Assembly (NCBI GenBank): GCA_964252035.1 | Contig: OZ176216.1 | Source: Podarcis erhardii | Lineage: Eukaryota | Strand: one strand, 5' to 3' | DNA: 64,000 nt | Shown here: one piece after another, positions 39,101-51,700 of the stretch | Layout: each line of letters starts with the position of its first letter | Position numbering within the stretch: position 1 is the stretch's first letter | Made by a program: the position numbers and the translations under genes | Notes under the pieces: model-generated | What the model saw: the letters and a program-made list of their open reading frames with translations, nothing else | Told to the model about the DNA's origin: nothing | The model's database searches: none

Positions 39101-42100
39101 CTCATCAGAAGTGAGAGTTTGGAGGGTTAATGTGGATCAAAAAGCTAAAGGCATTTTTTATTTGTTCAAGCCTAGAACTGGGAGTATCGAAGGGAGAAAC
39201 TGAGTTGGCTCCCGCTCAGTTTTGCAGTGCAATTCCACTGTAGCCACAAATAGTGTCTGAAGATGTTGGCTTCAAAAAATTAGCCATTTGCAGCTGCACC
39301 TGTTTAAAAGTCTGATTGGATGCAAGATTTAGGCCCTCTCTACACTATATTGCATTTAAAGCAGTATCATGCTACTTAAACTGTCATGGCCTCCCCCAAA
39401 GAATCCTAGTTTGTTAACATTGCTGAGAAGTGTTAAAACCTGGGCAGTATGTATGGAGGTACCCAGATGACAAGACCCCCCCCCCCTCGGTCTCGCTGAT
39501 GTGGTCCTAAGCAAAGCAGCAAAGCAACTCTGTCTGACACTTTTCAGCACCCTTAACAAACTGACTCACCTGAAACCATGGAAGGGAGGGGGAGTTTTTC
39601 TGAGGGCGTGTAATGGTTGCTATTTGAAACTCCGAAGCTTTTTAGCCATTGGAGTGAAAGATGTCCCCATTCTGAAAACAAGGGGGCTCAGCTTCAAGAG
39701 GTTTTGTGAACTTAACACTAGTATGTCCAAATCCCCATTAGCCATGGAATGTGCTGACCTGCAGCTCTTGGCAATGGTCAGATGATTGTGCTAAAATGGA
39801 TTGGGGAATATGTCCTTATAATTGTGAGTGGGGTCCGTGTGTCATGGTATTAGATGTTAGGGGTTTAACATCACTTCAGAAGCCTGGGTGATCCCCCTAT
39901 CTGCCATTGCTGCTAATGATGTCTGAACGGACTCTGCCTGAAGTGACCTCTGCTCCCTTTCTGACTATTTTCCTTTGGGCAAAAGTGGACCTTGGAAGTT
40001 TGATTGCCGGCCTCATGGCCATTTCCTCTATCCGGCCTGCATATGTGCTCAGTGGTGAGGCATGGAAGTGAGAGAGTGGGCTTTTACTGCCCATCGGACA
40101 TCTGTTTTCTAGACTCTGATGGTCAAATCCAGTTGGAATCTGAAATCGCACAGCAGAGCCTTTGAGCATAACCAGCAGTAGGTGTGCTCTGAGCATAAAC
40201 AGCTTCTAACTGGCCTGGAAAAAGAGAATCTTGCACGCTGACAGAAAACTGAATAAATGAACTCTCAAACAGAGCACCTTAACACTTACAGAGTTGTGAT
40301 GGCCCCCTGCTGACCCCCAAACTCTCTCCTAAGTAAATGGAAATTTTGAACCATGGGGAAGTTTTCTCCCGAAAAGCATATGATCTCACTCCCAGGGTCC
40401 TAGAACTGCCTAAGAGGCATCTGGTTAATTACACCATGGACTCTCTTTTTTTGGCTTTCCGAGTTTGCCCTAAAATATTTTGTGTGAGGTGGCAGTGATT
40501 TATTTCAATTGCTGTTTATTTCATTAGACTCTTCCCCCCACCCCGTGTTGTATGATAGCCAAATCAGATATTTTCTTCTGAAGCAATATACAGTGTTTTA
40601 AATATATTGCAAAACATGAACAAAGTGTCTATGATTGCCTTTTCTCTATGATATGGAGATAGACTTAGGTTTAAGGATTGGAATTAATTTTATGTGGTTT
40701 TATTTTTTAAAACACACACACAGAGAGAGATCAACTGCATTTTAATAGAATTGGGAGTGCTCTATCCCACCCTTGTAAAAAAACCAGACAGGACCTGGGT
40801 TGTCTGTCTAGTGTTTCGAATAATTCAGTGCCAGCATCTAACCTTTAGGTGACACCTATAAAAGACGACACAAACATGTATCAAATTCCTAGGCACTAGC
40901 TTCAATTCTTTTGTACTTTTGGGCCTGTGTTTGTTACAACTCTGGGCATATCCCAGCTAACACTAATCACAAAGTGCCTATACACATAGGAAGACTTCTT
41001 TTTTGTCCCATAGTTTTGCATTACAAACCATGCAGTTTAAAGTCCATATTCAACCATGTAATTTCATGGTTCCTGGGATTTTTTGTAAGCAGGGGTTATG
41101 TTCAGACATCTCTTTGCGCCCTTGTGTGTGTGGCAAGACTGGAAAGGAGCATAGAGTTCAGGCTTTTCTCACCTGCCCTTCCTTCCTTTTGAAACAGGTC
41201 GAGGGATATCACAAGTAACCACAGGATGTCCTGTGTCATGCTCTTGCTTTTCTGTGAGAGAGGAGCAGCCCCCAAGTATAAATTTGTAGGTTGATATCAT
41301 GAGGTATGAAACTTCACATAGACTGCATTTTCCCCCCAACCACAGAGCTTACTGTGAGTGCAAATGAGCAATTTTTCAGTATTATGTGAATACTGACAAC
41401 TCTGCATTTTTTTATCTACCTAAAATAACTGAATGTTTGATTTATAAGAGATCGAGTTGTACCATATATTCATGTGTAGAGGGAAATCGTTTGAACATCA
41501 GTTTTAAATATTAGGGTCTTGAACAGATTATATTTTAAATGGATTTCTAAAGAAGTAAGCAGGAATAAAGAGGAATAAATTCCCATAGAAAATAAAAATA
41601 CATTATCAACTCTTGGGATTCTAATTTGGCAGTGATTTTGGGGACAAGGAATGGCAATCTAATTAGGAGTGCCCATGATTTTATTTGAAGGGGATTTTAG
41701 ACCATTTTTAGAAAGAATGTGTTAGTTTTCTGACATTGTGATGGATAGCCTTGACTTGAAATAATTTGATCCCAGTGTAGTTCCAGATGATGGACTCAAG
41801 CTCCCACCAAACCAAGCCAGCATGACCCAGCGTTCAGGGATGATGGGAATTGTAGTCAATCAGCACCTGCAGGGTTCCCCCAACAGAGACTATGAGGGGA
41901 CTGTGAATGAATATAGAGATCAGATGCAAATAACATTTTAAAGCGAGATCTATCTGATTTCTTTCTTTGAATGAGAACACTTTAGCACTTTCCAGCAAGT
42001 GCTAAAATGACTAATTGGGTCATGTAGTACGTTGCGAAAATTATTGCAATTATTGCACCCTGATCAGAGGAAGTCTCTGGCTCCTGTTGTTATTCTCCTT

Positions 42101-42424
42101 CTTAACTCCTCATTGGGAGGAGTTTTCAGTATTCTGTAGAATATTGTTAATGGCTGGTATATGTATACCCACCAGTCACTTGCATTTGAGAATTGCTGCT
42201 AAAAATGTGTCCCTATGGAAGGATCTGGGCTTGGAATAAATGGTACCTTTTTCTTTTCTGCCAGCCAATGGTGTTCCTCCCTTTTTTGTGGTTGGTAGGT
42301 AACTGGTTGACAGGAAAGCCTCCCCTGCAATTTCTCGCAAGTATCATGAGTGTGTTCTAAGTGTTTATGCAAGGTTAAGCGGTTACTCTTGAAACTACAA
42401 TGTAGCGGAGCAATAATGTGTATA

Positions 42425-42747
42425 CAGTGGTGCCCCGCAAGACGAACGCCTCGCAAGACGGAAAACCCGCTAGACGAAAGGGTTTTCTGTTTTGGAGGCG
42501 CTTCGCAAAACGTATTTCCCTATGGGCTTGCTTCGCAAGACGAAAATGTCTTGCGAGTTCCTGCGGGGTTCCCCCCCCCCCCTTTTCCTAAGCCCTAAGC
42601 CGCTTATCAGCTGATCCGCTAAAAGCCTCTAAACCGCTAATAGCGCTAATCCGCTAAGCTGTCAATGGGCTTGCTTCGCAAGACGAAAAAACCGCTATAC
42701 GAAGAGCCTCACGGAACGGATTAATTTCGTCTTGCGAGGCACCACTG
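42425..42747. mobile_element. Tc1/mariner-type MITE, 323 bp, CpG-rich
   Basis: TIRs cagtggtgccccgcaagacgaa / ttcgtcttgcgaggcaccactg (21 of 22 match); TA flanks at 42423-42424 and 42748-42749. Confidence 0.92.
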
Positions 42748-43059
42748 TATTTTACATTTTGTCTACATATTCTAAAACTCGATTGTTTGATTGGTTTACT
42801 GGCTGGGCAGAAGGTTTGCTTGCTTTAATAAAGAAGATTGATTTATAAATAGAAGTTTAAAAGTGGTTCAGTTTGAAGCTAACTGTAATCAGTAATTGCC
42901 AAGTTGAATGAGCAAATAGCTGGTGATGCAAAATCTAAATTGTTGTAAATTGTAACACATCTGTAATCTTCAAACTGGGAGAACAGAAAAGTTATATTAG
43001 CATGCTTTGCTAATAGGTCTCAACACCTATTAGGGCTTCTTTCTGACAATGGTATTTGA

Positions 43060-43420
43060 AAGAGGGAGAGGATTTGAGCTTTTATTATTTATTAAGGATT
43101 TTTTATTCTGTCTTTCAAATTTCCAGTATGTACTGCAATAACAAAGCTCAACAAGAATAACCACACCATTAAAAACTCTTAAAACAACAGAAACTAAGAA
43201 ACTCCAATTCAAGCAGCAAATAAGGCAGATAATAATGCCTGAATGTTGCAGAACCAATTTATTGTGGCAAGACTTTTGTAGACAGGTGCTTGCTCCATGT
43301 TGAAGATGGAGGTGAAGAACATCTCCCCCCTTCAGTAATCCAGTCCCTGGACTGGTACTGTGACTCCCCTGTGATGATTGCTACTTCTTTTTGTATCTTG
43401 AATCATTGGCAATAGTCGTA
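43060..43420 (-). mobile_element. Possible L1/Tx1-like LINE 3' remnant
   Basis: Reverse strand ends in an A-rich aataaaaaatccttaataaataataaaag tail after a T-rich UTR-like tract; family assignment is tentative. Confidence 0.3.
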
Positions 43421-43998
43421 TCTGGAAATAAATTAAGAGAAAAATTATATTTGCTAAAAAAAGATTTCAGAAGACTTGAAGGAAGTAGAAGACCATCAAA
43501 CCCAACCCAGCCACCCCAAGGAGGGAGCCTCCACCCCTAAGCCCCCTCTCCCCTGTTTGTGTCTAACAGGAAACTCACCCCTTGAGAGTTACTTATAAGC
43601 AAATTAAGAGACACGTGAAGTAAAGAAATGAATAGAGATTTTTTTTTTTAAAAAAAAATAACAACTGTTGGATTCTTTTTCAATTAATGCATTTTCAGTG
43701 TTGATGAATATATGGAAAAATGAAATTACACTGCTATCCTGCCGTGTCTCCAGTGTGACGATAAATCAATTTTTTTCCCTTTTAAAATGTCTGGCCCTGT
43801 AATTTATGTTTGCTTAAGCCATTACTAAATTCGTAGTAGGTGTTTTAGTTGGCAAGCGTCAGTCCAGGGACTTTGTGGACGTTTACTTTTTTATTTTTAT
43901 AAATACTGTGCTTTTGTTCTTGGCCAAAATGAAGTGTGGAAAAACATATGTGTTTTTGTTAATTGCAAAAATTGACTTGTTTCTGTCTTCTTCTAAAG

Positions 43999-44368
43999 CA
44001 GTGGTTCTCAAACTTTTTTCTTTGGGCCACACTTTCAGAATAAAAATTTGCTCGTGCCACACCAACGTTTTTTATTGATAAGAAATACATTGCAACACAA
44101 AAAGAAATAACAACCAACAGTGCTTGATTTTGAACAGATATCTATCCATATTAAGCTGCAAATAAAATTATTTTGATACTATACTTTACCATGTTACTCT
44201 GAATTGTTTAGATGTTTATTTTATTGTCCTTGAATCTTCCTGCCACACTTGCCGTCCTCTCCTGCCACTGCAGGGTGTTATGCCACACCCTGATTGATTG
44301 ATTGATTGTTGAATGTATATACCCAGAGGTATCGGGGTGGTTTACAGAACAAAAATTGAGAGCCACTG
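43999..44368. mobile_element. Non-autonomous hAT (Charlie-like) element with a nested retroelement tail
   Basis: TIRs cagtggttctcaa / ttgagagccactg; TSD TTCTAAAG (43991-43998) / TTCTAAAT (44369-44376). The (attg)n-...tatacccagagg...ggtggtttaca insert near the 3' end looks like a reversed L2/SINE tail. Confidence 0.85.
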
Positions 44369-45852
44369 TTCTAAATGAATGTTTGCACTCAGGCCATTTT
44401 AAATCATTGTGGCTTGGATGCTGTAGAACCTTGATTGTGCTGTTTGTTAACTGACAAAACCTTTAAATGGGATGGACATCTGGTGTTTCTTCCCCAAACA
44501 TGCTACTGATTTGTGCTGTATACTTCTGGAATGGGTTGGGATGCCTGAGCAATGAGAGGAAATTGGCCTGGAGCAAATTTTCAAGTCATTGTTGGAAGCA
44601 ATTGCCATAAATTGTGTGCTGTTTGCATTAATGTTGCAAATGTCAAGCTATTATTAATAGATACGTTGAAGAGACTCCATCCCAGGTGAGGGCATGAAGA
44701 ATTGGAAACACCTCCTGCTCTTGGCGATAAGCAACAGGAGCAGTCCTCTTTCCTCTGAGATGGTGGAAGGTTCCAAGTGGTCACATGACTTGACTGATGC
44801 CAACTTACCACTGATCTTCCCTTGCAATGTGCAGTTACAGGATTGGGTTGGGCATCTTGTATGATGCCGTCTCATGCTTCTGAGGGGCAATGACAGAACT
44901 TCAGAGGCCTAATGGTGGCTCAGGTAGAGAGAGTGCATGGTGATTCAGAAGAATCAGCAACACACATGGGGTCCCTGGCAAGCTAATCTAAAGTGAGGAA
45001 GGTTTGCATGATGGGAGAGCATTCAAAAGTAGCTGCTGTATCCAGAATGTTCTTATTCTAAAGCTGTTGGGCCCAAGGAAGATGAAATTATTTTATAACC
45101 AACCAGGAGTGTGCGCTCCTTCCTTGTACCTCATATTGTCTAGAATGCAAATTCCCTCTGCTATTTCTCTACAAGCCTTAAACTGTGGCTAACTGTGATG
45201 TTAATAGCAATTTTAACAGTGGATTAGGCTGGCCAAGGCTCCCACCTGGGCAGGATTTGAACTCATCTTGGTTACATGGTTTAAAACCTTGGTTAAGCAA
45301 GAGCTGGTTTTGATTGTGGCTAATGTCATTGCCAACATAGTGCTTAGATAGCTTTAAAAGAGGATCACAAACGTTCATGGAGGATAAAGCTATCAAAGGC
45401 TACTAATGATGGCAGGGTGTTATCTCCAGGATCAGTGGCAGGGTACCTCTGAATACCTGTTGCTTATGTCCTCCTTGTGAGCTTCTCAAAAGGCCATGGG
45501 TGTAGTCCACCAGCGCTCTACTTATGTTGTGGCCTTATGGTCTTGTGGAGAAGTAGAAATGTGTATGCTAGGATGGAGGCTGGGCAGGGCAGCCATTCAT
45601 AGTTAAATATTTGTTTTTCTGTCTTTGGGAAATCTTTATTGAAAGATAAGGCTTAAAAATTCACATGGATTGAGAGAGGCTTTAGAAAACCTCATTTGCC
45701 ATCAGTTCGTCATTTTCTCAGAGACGGGGGTTCAAAAAAAAGGATTTGTTTCTCAGGAGGCTGGAGGCTGCCCTGCCACTTGTGCTGCCGTAGTCTCTTA
45801 TGCTCCAAGGGCTGATGAATATGCAGTCGCTGCATCTGAGGCATAGCTAGCA

Positions 45853-45854
<2 letters not shown>

Positions 45855-45908
<54 letters not shown>

Positions 45909-45913
45909 TGTGT
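45855..45913. repeat. Compound (TC)n(TG)n microsatellite
   Basis: Direct reading. Confidence 0.97.
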
Positions 45914-47004
45914 TGCTTCTCCTAGAGTGGTGCATAATGATAGACTTTAAGCATTTCCCTTCCATCCTCTCCATGCTTCAACCTCCAAGCTATTTATGCC
46001 CTTTTAACCAAAATGAGTTTTCCCTAAACCAGGAATTACTCATTGCTGCTTCCACCTCCTTGTTAAAAAGAAGTAAAATTTAAATAGTACCTTACACCCC
46101 CCCTCCCAATATTCTTATCCCGTTTTAAGAATTCTCCTACTTCCCAGCTCTCTTCCACCTCCATGCCTAAGATAGCCTTTTAAAAACAAACAAAAATCCC
46201 AACTAACGATCATTGTGCCACGTCCTCCCAGGAAAACAACCTCTGACAAGAACCACTGTGGTATAGGGCCAGGCTAGAGACTGTTGCATCGGACTGAACA
46301 ACCTAAATTCCCCCGCTGCTGAGGTTTGCCCAGGAAAGATCAGTAGCATTGGCTAAACTGTCCTTCAGGGAGGCTAGCCTGCCACTGCCGATCTTTTTAT
46401 TGAATAACTTTTGATATGCTTTGAGGGGTTCCTTCAAAGCTGTTTTGAACACCCCTGTCAGAGCTGTGTTGTGGATGAACATTCTGCATGGAACACCAGG
46501 TTGGCTAGCGAAGAAGCACATCGTTGTTGGGTGCTGTGCAGTTTTTCCCCCCTGTGGGTGTGTTCGGAATATTTAGTGTTCCTGCCGAGAAAATAATCAT
46601 GCTTTTTAAAAAAAAAAAAAATCTTAAGGCTTTATTTAGTTGATTTTGAAACCAATTAAAGGAAGATTGGCTGTGCTTCCTCTTGTAAACACTCATTTAG
46701 ATTGCTTAAAATAGAAGGAACTTACTCAGCTGAGTGGAAGGATGCTGTCTGCTTTCCCCTGGCTGTGTACTAAGGTGGTTTAACAACATTTGCAGAAGTT
46801 CACAGCCAGGCTTGGGGGTGCAGTGTGGGTAAGAAAACTCAAATGCCTAAGTGCCAGCATCACATTTTTTAAAAGCCTGTGGGACCAGGCTCTTGTGACT
46901 TTCTTCTAGTCCTGCAAACTGAATAGTTACCTCATTTTTAATTGGGCAGGTTAACTGTATTAAAATGTATTTGGCCAGTATTCCAGAACAGCCAAACTCA
47001 GATA

Positions 47005-47194
47005 CAGTCGTACCTTTGCTGACGAATGACTCACGAGTCGAACGTTTTGGCTCCCGGACGCCGCAAACCCAGAAGTGAGTCTTCCGGTTTGTGAACGTTC
47101 TTTAGAACCCAAACGTCCGGCGTGGCTTCCGATTGGTTTTGGAAATCGAACAGACTTTCGGAACGGATTTCGTTCAACTTCCGAGGTACGACTG
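47005..47194. mobile_element. Tc1/mariner-type MITE, 190 bp
   Basis: TIRs cagtcgtacct / aggtacgactg; TA flanks at 47003-47004 and 47195-47196; CpG-rich interior. Confidence 0.88.
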
Positions 47195-47987
47195 TACTTT
47201 TTTTGTGGATAGAAGAAAGAGTACCTTGAATCCATGTCATCTTATAGCTTGAAACCATGTCATCTTGCTTCAGCGATGGAATCTTTCACAGTTGCTGTCT
47301 CTTCAGGTGTTCCTTAAGTGACACAAGAAGACCGTTTCTGTGTAAGCCCCCAACTTCCTCCAAACTTCCTGCTGTGGGAGATTCTTCTGGCTCCTTCACT
47401 GCATTTAGAAGGGCAGCAGAGATTTTTCTTTTTGAGCCCCCCTAGTTTGGCGGCTGCGGATTTGTTTGCTGTTTCTTGTTTTTGTTGCTTTACTCATTTT
47501 CGTGCACACTGCTCTGATCTCCTTGGGGAAGAAGAACAGGATATAAATTATTTTCAATAATAAATGCCACAGCCTTTCATTGACCTCAGAAGGCTGTAGG
47601 AAGCCAGGGTGGGGGTGGTGATGGAAGCAAACATTTAAACGGCATGTTGTTAAAGGTTTGTACCTCTTTGCACGTGTCATCTCACTAAGTCCTCTTACCA
47701 CCCAATTTCACATGAGCACTGAGGCTGGGATATTTGGGTGGCCTCTTCCCTTTGGAATGCCTTTCCCAGGGAGGCCTGACGTTGCTGTCCTTTGAGTTCC
47801 AGGTGCAAGCATTTCTGTTTCCCTGGGATTTTAAGAATGACAAATGCTATCATTTTAAATTCAGAGCAGTTTTGATTTTTTCTGTTTGTTTGGAATGGAC
47901 TACTTCTGCTTTATTGTACACCTTATCATTTATGGTACTTCTTTTGTTTCTTACTACTTGGTTTGCTACTCTTGTGATTGGGATATT

Positions 47988-48018
<31 letters not shown>
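47988..48018. repeat. (GAAA)n microsatellite
   Basis: Direct reading. Confidence 0.95.
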
Positions 48019-48020
<2 letters not shown>

Positions 48021-48164
48021 CTCAACTGAAATGCTGAAGTTCACTAGAAGATAAAGACAGCAGAGACAAGGGGAGGATGCTCAAGACCAGGTGTGACAGG
48101 AAGTCCTCCTGGCTGGAGCAACATTCCCCTGTGAGTCCACTCTGGGCAAACAGGAAATGTAGTA

Positions 48165-48382
48165 CAGGGTTACAGAGACACTTCAGGTTACAGACTCCGC
48201 TAACCCAGAAATAGTACCTCGGGTTAAGAACTTTGCTTCAGGATGAGAACAGAAATCGTGCTCCGGCGGTGCGGCGGCAGCAGGAAGCCCCATTAGCTAA
48301 AGTGGTGTTTCAGGTTAAGAACAGTTTCAGGTTAAGAACGGACCTCCGGAACAAATTAAGTACTTAACCCGAGGTACCACTG
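48165..48382. mobile_element. Tc1/mariner MITE, same family as 10202-10416, left TIR partly deleted
   Basis: cttcaggttacagactccgctaacccagaaata...aactttgcttcaggatgagaacagaaatcg is shared with the 10202 copy; ends aacccgaggtaccactg|ta. Confidence 0.9.
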
Positions 48383-48384
48383 TA

Positions 48385-48705
48385 TATTGTATTTATCAAT
48401 GTAAAGAAATGGACTCACTAGTAGGGTTTGACTAAACACTTAGAATCAACAACACTAATATAGAAGTGATAGAGATGAGGTTGAAGTGATAAGAATACAA
48501 CAACATCTGATGTAAAGAACATAATTTTGAAGTATAGTATTGCAAGGAGGACAAATTCATATGTAAGAAAACCCAGAGGGAGAAGTTGAGGGAAGGTGCG
48601 TGGGACGGACGGGCGTGGAATTATTTTTTATTATTATCTGTTTGATATGTTTGTAATCAAAATGTAAAACTCAATAAGAATTATTTAAAAAGAAAGAAAG
48701 AAAGG
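48385..48705 (+). mobile_element. Possible L1-like LINE 3' UTR with A-rich tail
   Basis: Purine-rich tract, T-rich ttattttttattattatctgtttgatatgtttgt, then ctcaataagaattatttaaaaagaaagaaag tail. Confidence 0.4.
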
Positions 48706-51700
48706 AATATAAATCTCAGTATAAGCCAGGCACCACACCTATTCAGTGATTTCATCCTTAAGAATGCAACATCGAAGAAGCTTGGGACAAAGTGAGCTGA
48801 CAATTAATAAAGGCTTTAAAATATACAATTTTAGTTCAGCAAGCTGATTTTGGGAGTCTTGATGGAGGAGCATTCCACACCACAGTATTCAACAAACAAA
48901 AACCTGCCTGCCCCGTCTGTTAACATCAGGGTGTGCTTGTGTGTGTTGGGGTGGGGTAGGGTAGGGGGAGTGAGCAAGGGGGGTTAAAACATGATGAATT
49001 AGTGACTATATCAGGTATGTGAAAATATGACCTATTTGACAGGCAGAGGCACACGTTGGTACACCACAGCCCTCAAGCGAATCCCTTTCTGAATGCAATA
49101 AACATCTAACATTTCCCACCCTATTGTAAACAGGATAGAGGTGCCTGGAGCACCCTGGATTTATCAGTGCTATTAAAAGAAAAGAACACAGTGCTGCAAA
49201 TGTAAGGACACGTGCTTAAGCGATCTTCTCTTGACTAGTAGCATTAAACAACGCCGCACTCCCATGTAGTGGGCTTATGAATTCAATGCATTTTTATTGC
49301 ATGTTTGGACAGCAATGCCATATTAAGCAAAAGAGGAAATTCATGTAAAACGCTGGGCTCGACTGAAGGGGTAGGGAAATTTAGGCTCAGGTCATGGAAG
49401 TGGCTCCCTCCCCAGGCCACTCTTTCTGCCCCCAAATAAAGTCATGTGTGGCACATCACACGAAGGGTACCTAACTGCTTCCTTGGGTTATTTTTTGCTT
49501 GAAAACCCACCCAGGACATTTTTTGTATGCTGATATGTTAACATTGACTGGGGGGGGGGGGAGTCCCCAAAGGCAAAAGTCAGTAGAAATTGTGTGATGT
49601 TTGTAGTCCCAGGTGCTTTTCGCTGCAATTTGGGCATATTGAGTACTGGCAATGACCGCTTTGCACAGGGGTTGCATTCCTGACCCCCATGCATATCAGT
49701 GGAGCGCATGTAAGCCTGCTCTGCCTCCTTTGGCCTCCACTCCATGCTGCCCCTGTTTCCAGAGACACTTCCAGGGGTGGTGCGATGCACACATGCGCAG
49801 TTGCACATCACTTGGATGTGGTTAAATGGTCATTGCCTCTACTACCAAGAAGGAGGCAATCAGTGGGAATGATTATGTGTCAAATGCCTACCTCTGTGTA
49901 AATTCTGCGGTAGAAAAGTACATGCGAGGCAGATTTAATCCCTGTTTTTCTTCAAAATGAGTGTGACTTTAAATGGTATTCCAGCTACTGCAGTATGAAG
50001 TTTTTCTTTTTGTAAAACAAAATGTCAGAGAGCTCACTAATGTTTTGGTTACTTTTCACGAACGTGCTGCTTTCCTCCTAGCTTGCTGAAGATGAAAATA
50101 GTCAAAATATTATTCGGATAATCCAATCTTCAAGGTAGATTTTGCTTAATTCGCTGATTGTTCAAAGTGAGGTATTTATGTACCGTAATGTGTCTGTCTT
50201 TGATATTTCTGAACCTGGTCTTTTTAATTTCATGCCAAGGATCAGGGTTTTAACAACGTAATACATTAAAACCCAGAAGACTTCAAAGGCTAGATCTATT
50301 GACTCATTATGAAGTGATAACGTTGGGACTTTGTTATCTTAACAAGTCAACAAACTTAGCCTTTTAAAATATTCTGGTTCTTGATTCACACATTTTAATC
50401 ATTGAATTCAGTTTAGTATAAAATGCCAGCAGATTGCGCATGTTCTTATATTTCCAGTGACAAATCCCATAACTTGAAAGGCAAACTTTAGAAACCTGAT
50501 TGGCTATGGTAGCACTTGCTCAGCAAGGATTGAAATATATTTAAAAATGTTGTCATGGTTTGCATGTCACGGTTAGCCAAACTGTGGTTTATCGGGACCA
50601 CCCAAATGTCCCAGCTCCCAGAGAGGAGCTTGCATCTAATTTGCTTCTTCCCAGCCCTTTTAGCTCAGTGCAGCTAGCAACTAAACCAAGTTTTGGCTTA
50701 AAATGTCATCCAAACCTGGGCTTATGGTTAAGCTCTTTCATCCTCAACCATGAGCTGTGTTCAGTATTTGTTATTGGGAGGAGCAAAGTGCCTTTTATCT
50801 GTTCCCCAAAAGCCCATGTGTTCACACTAAACCCTGGTTTACTTTGTTACACGTGAATGCAGCTGTTGCATACCTTATTATTACCAAGGGCCAGGTCGTG
50901 CCAACTAAATTCTGGCTTCTACGCTGAATTTTTGCTATCAGAACTTCCATTTATTCTACTTTTAAATTGTTTGTGAAAAGATAAAATAATTTCTGGATTT
51001 AGCTGAAAGGAGATTTGAGCATTTTTGTTGTTGTTAAACATTTCAATATTATGAATATAGTTTTGGTCTTGGAATTGCCTCCACGTAATCTTATTGGGAA
51101 GGAAAATTCTTATCAGTATGGGAAGCAGAAGAGAAAGATGTTCAGAATGTAAAAACAGGATGATATCTTCTTCAAAAGCAAGGTCTGGTAGGCCTTGATC
51201 TTTGGCTGGAGTTTATCCAAGTTCATTATGACAAAAAAAGGAATAAAAAACCCAGACTGGTACCATCAAATTCCCAGAAATGCAAGCTGCTTTCCCTTCA
51301 ACTGAATTTCCTGGCATCTGTGATAACTCACTATCAAGATTTTTTAAAATAGAAAAAGCATATCTGTATTTTAAATAATCATCCCAAAGTATGTTTTTAA
51401 GACTGGCTCTGGGAGTAGGAATGTGCTTAGACAACACTGAGAGTAAGGCGAATGGGGGATATTTCACAGTTCAGTTCTGGCTTTTCATCGTGGTTGGCAC
51501 CTTCTCCCTGGTAGGAGCATCTGACAGCCCTTAGCTTTCAGGTAGGAAGAGTAGTGAAGTGTGCACATATTTTATAGATTGCTATCCTGTAGGGCTTAGC
51601 GTCAAGAAACGGCACAGAAAACACACCCACCCCATTATTGTCACATTCCACATAGTTGGGTAGAAAAAAATCCAACTTGTTGCATCCTGACATTACTCCC

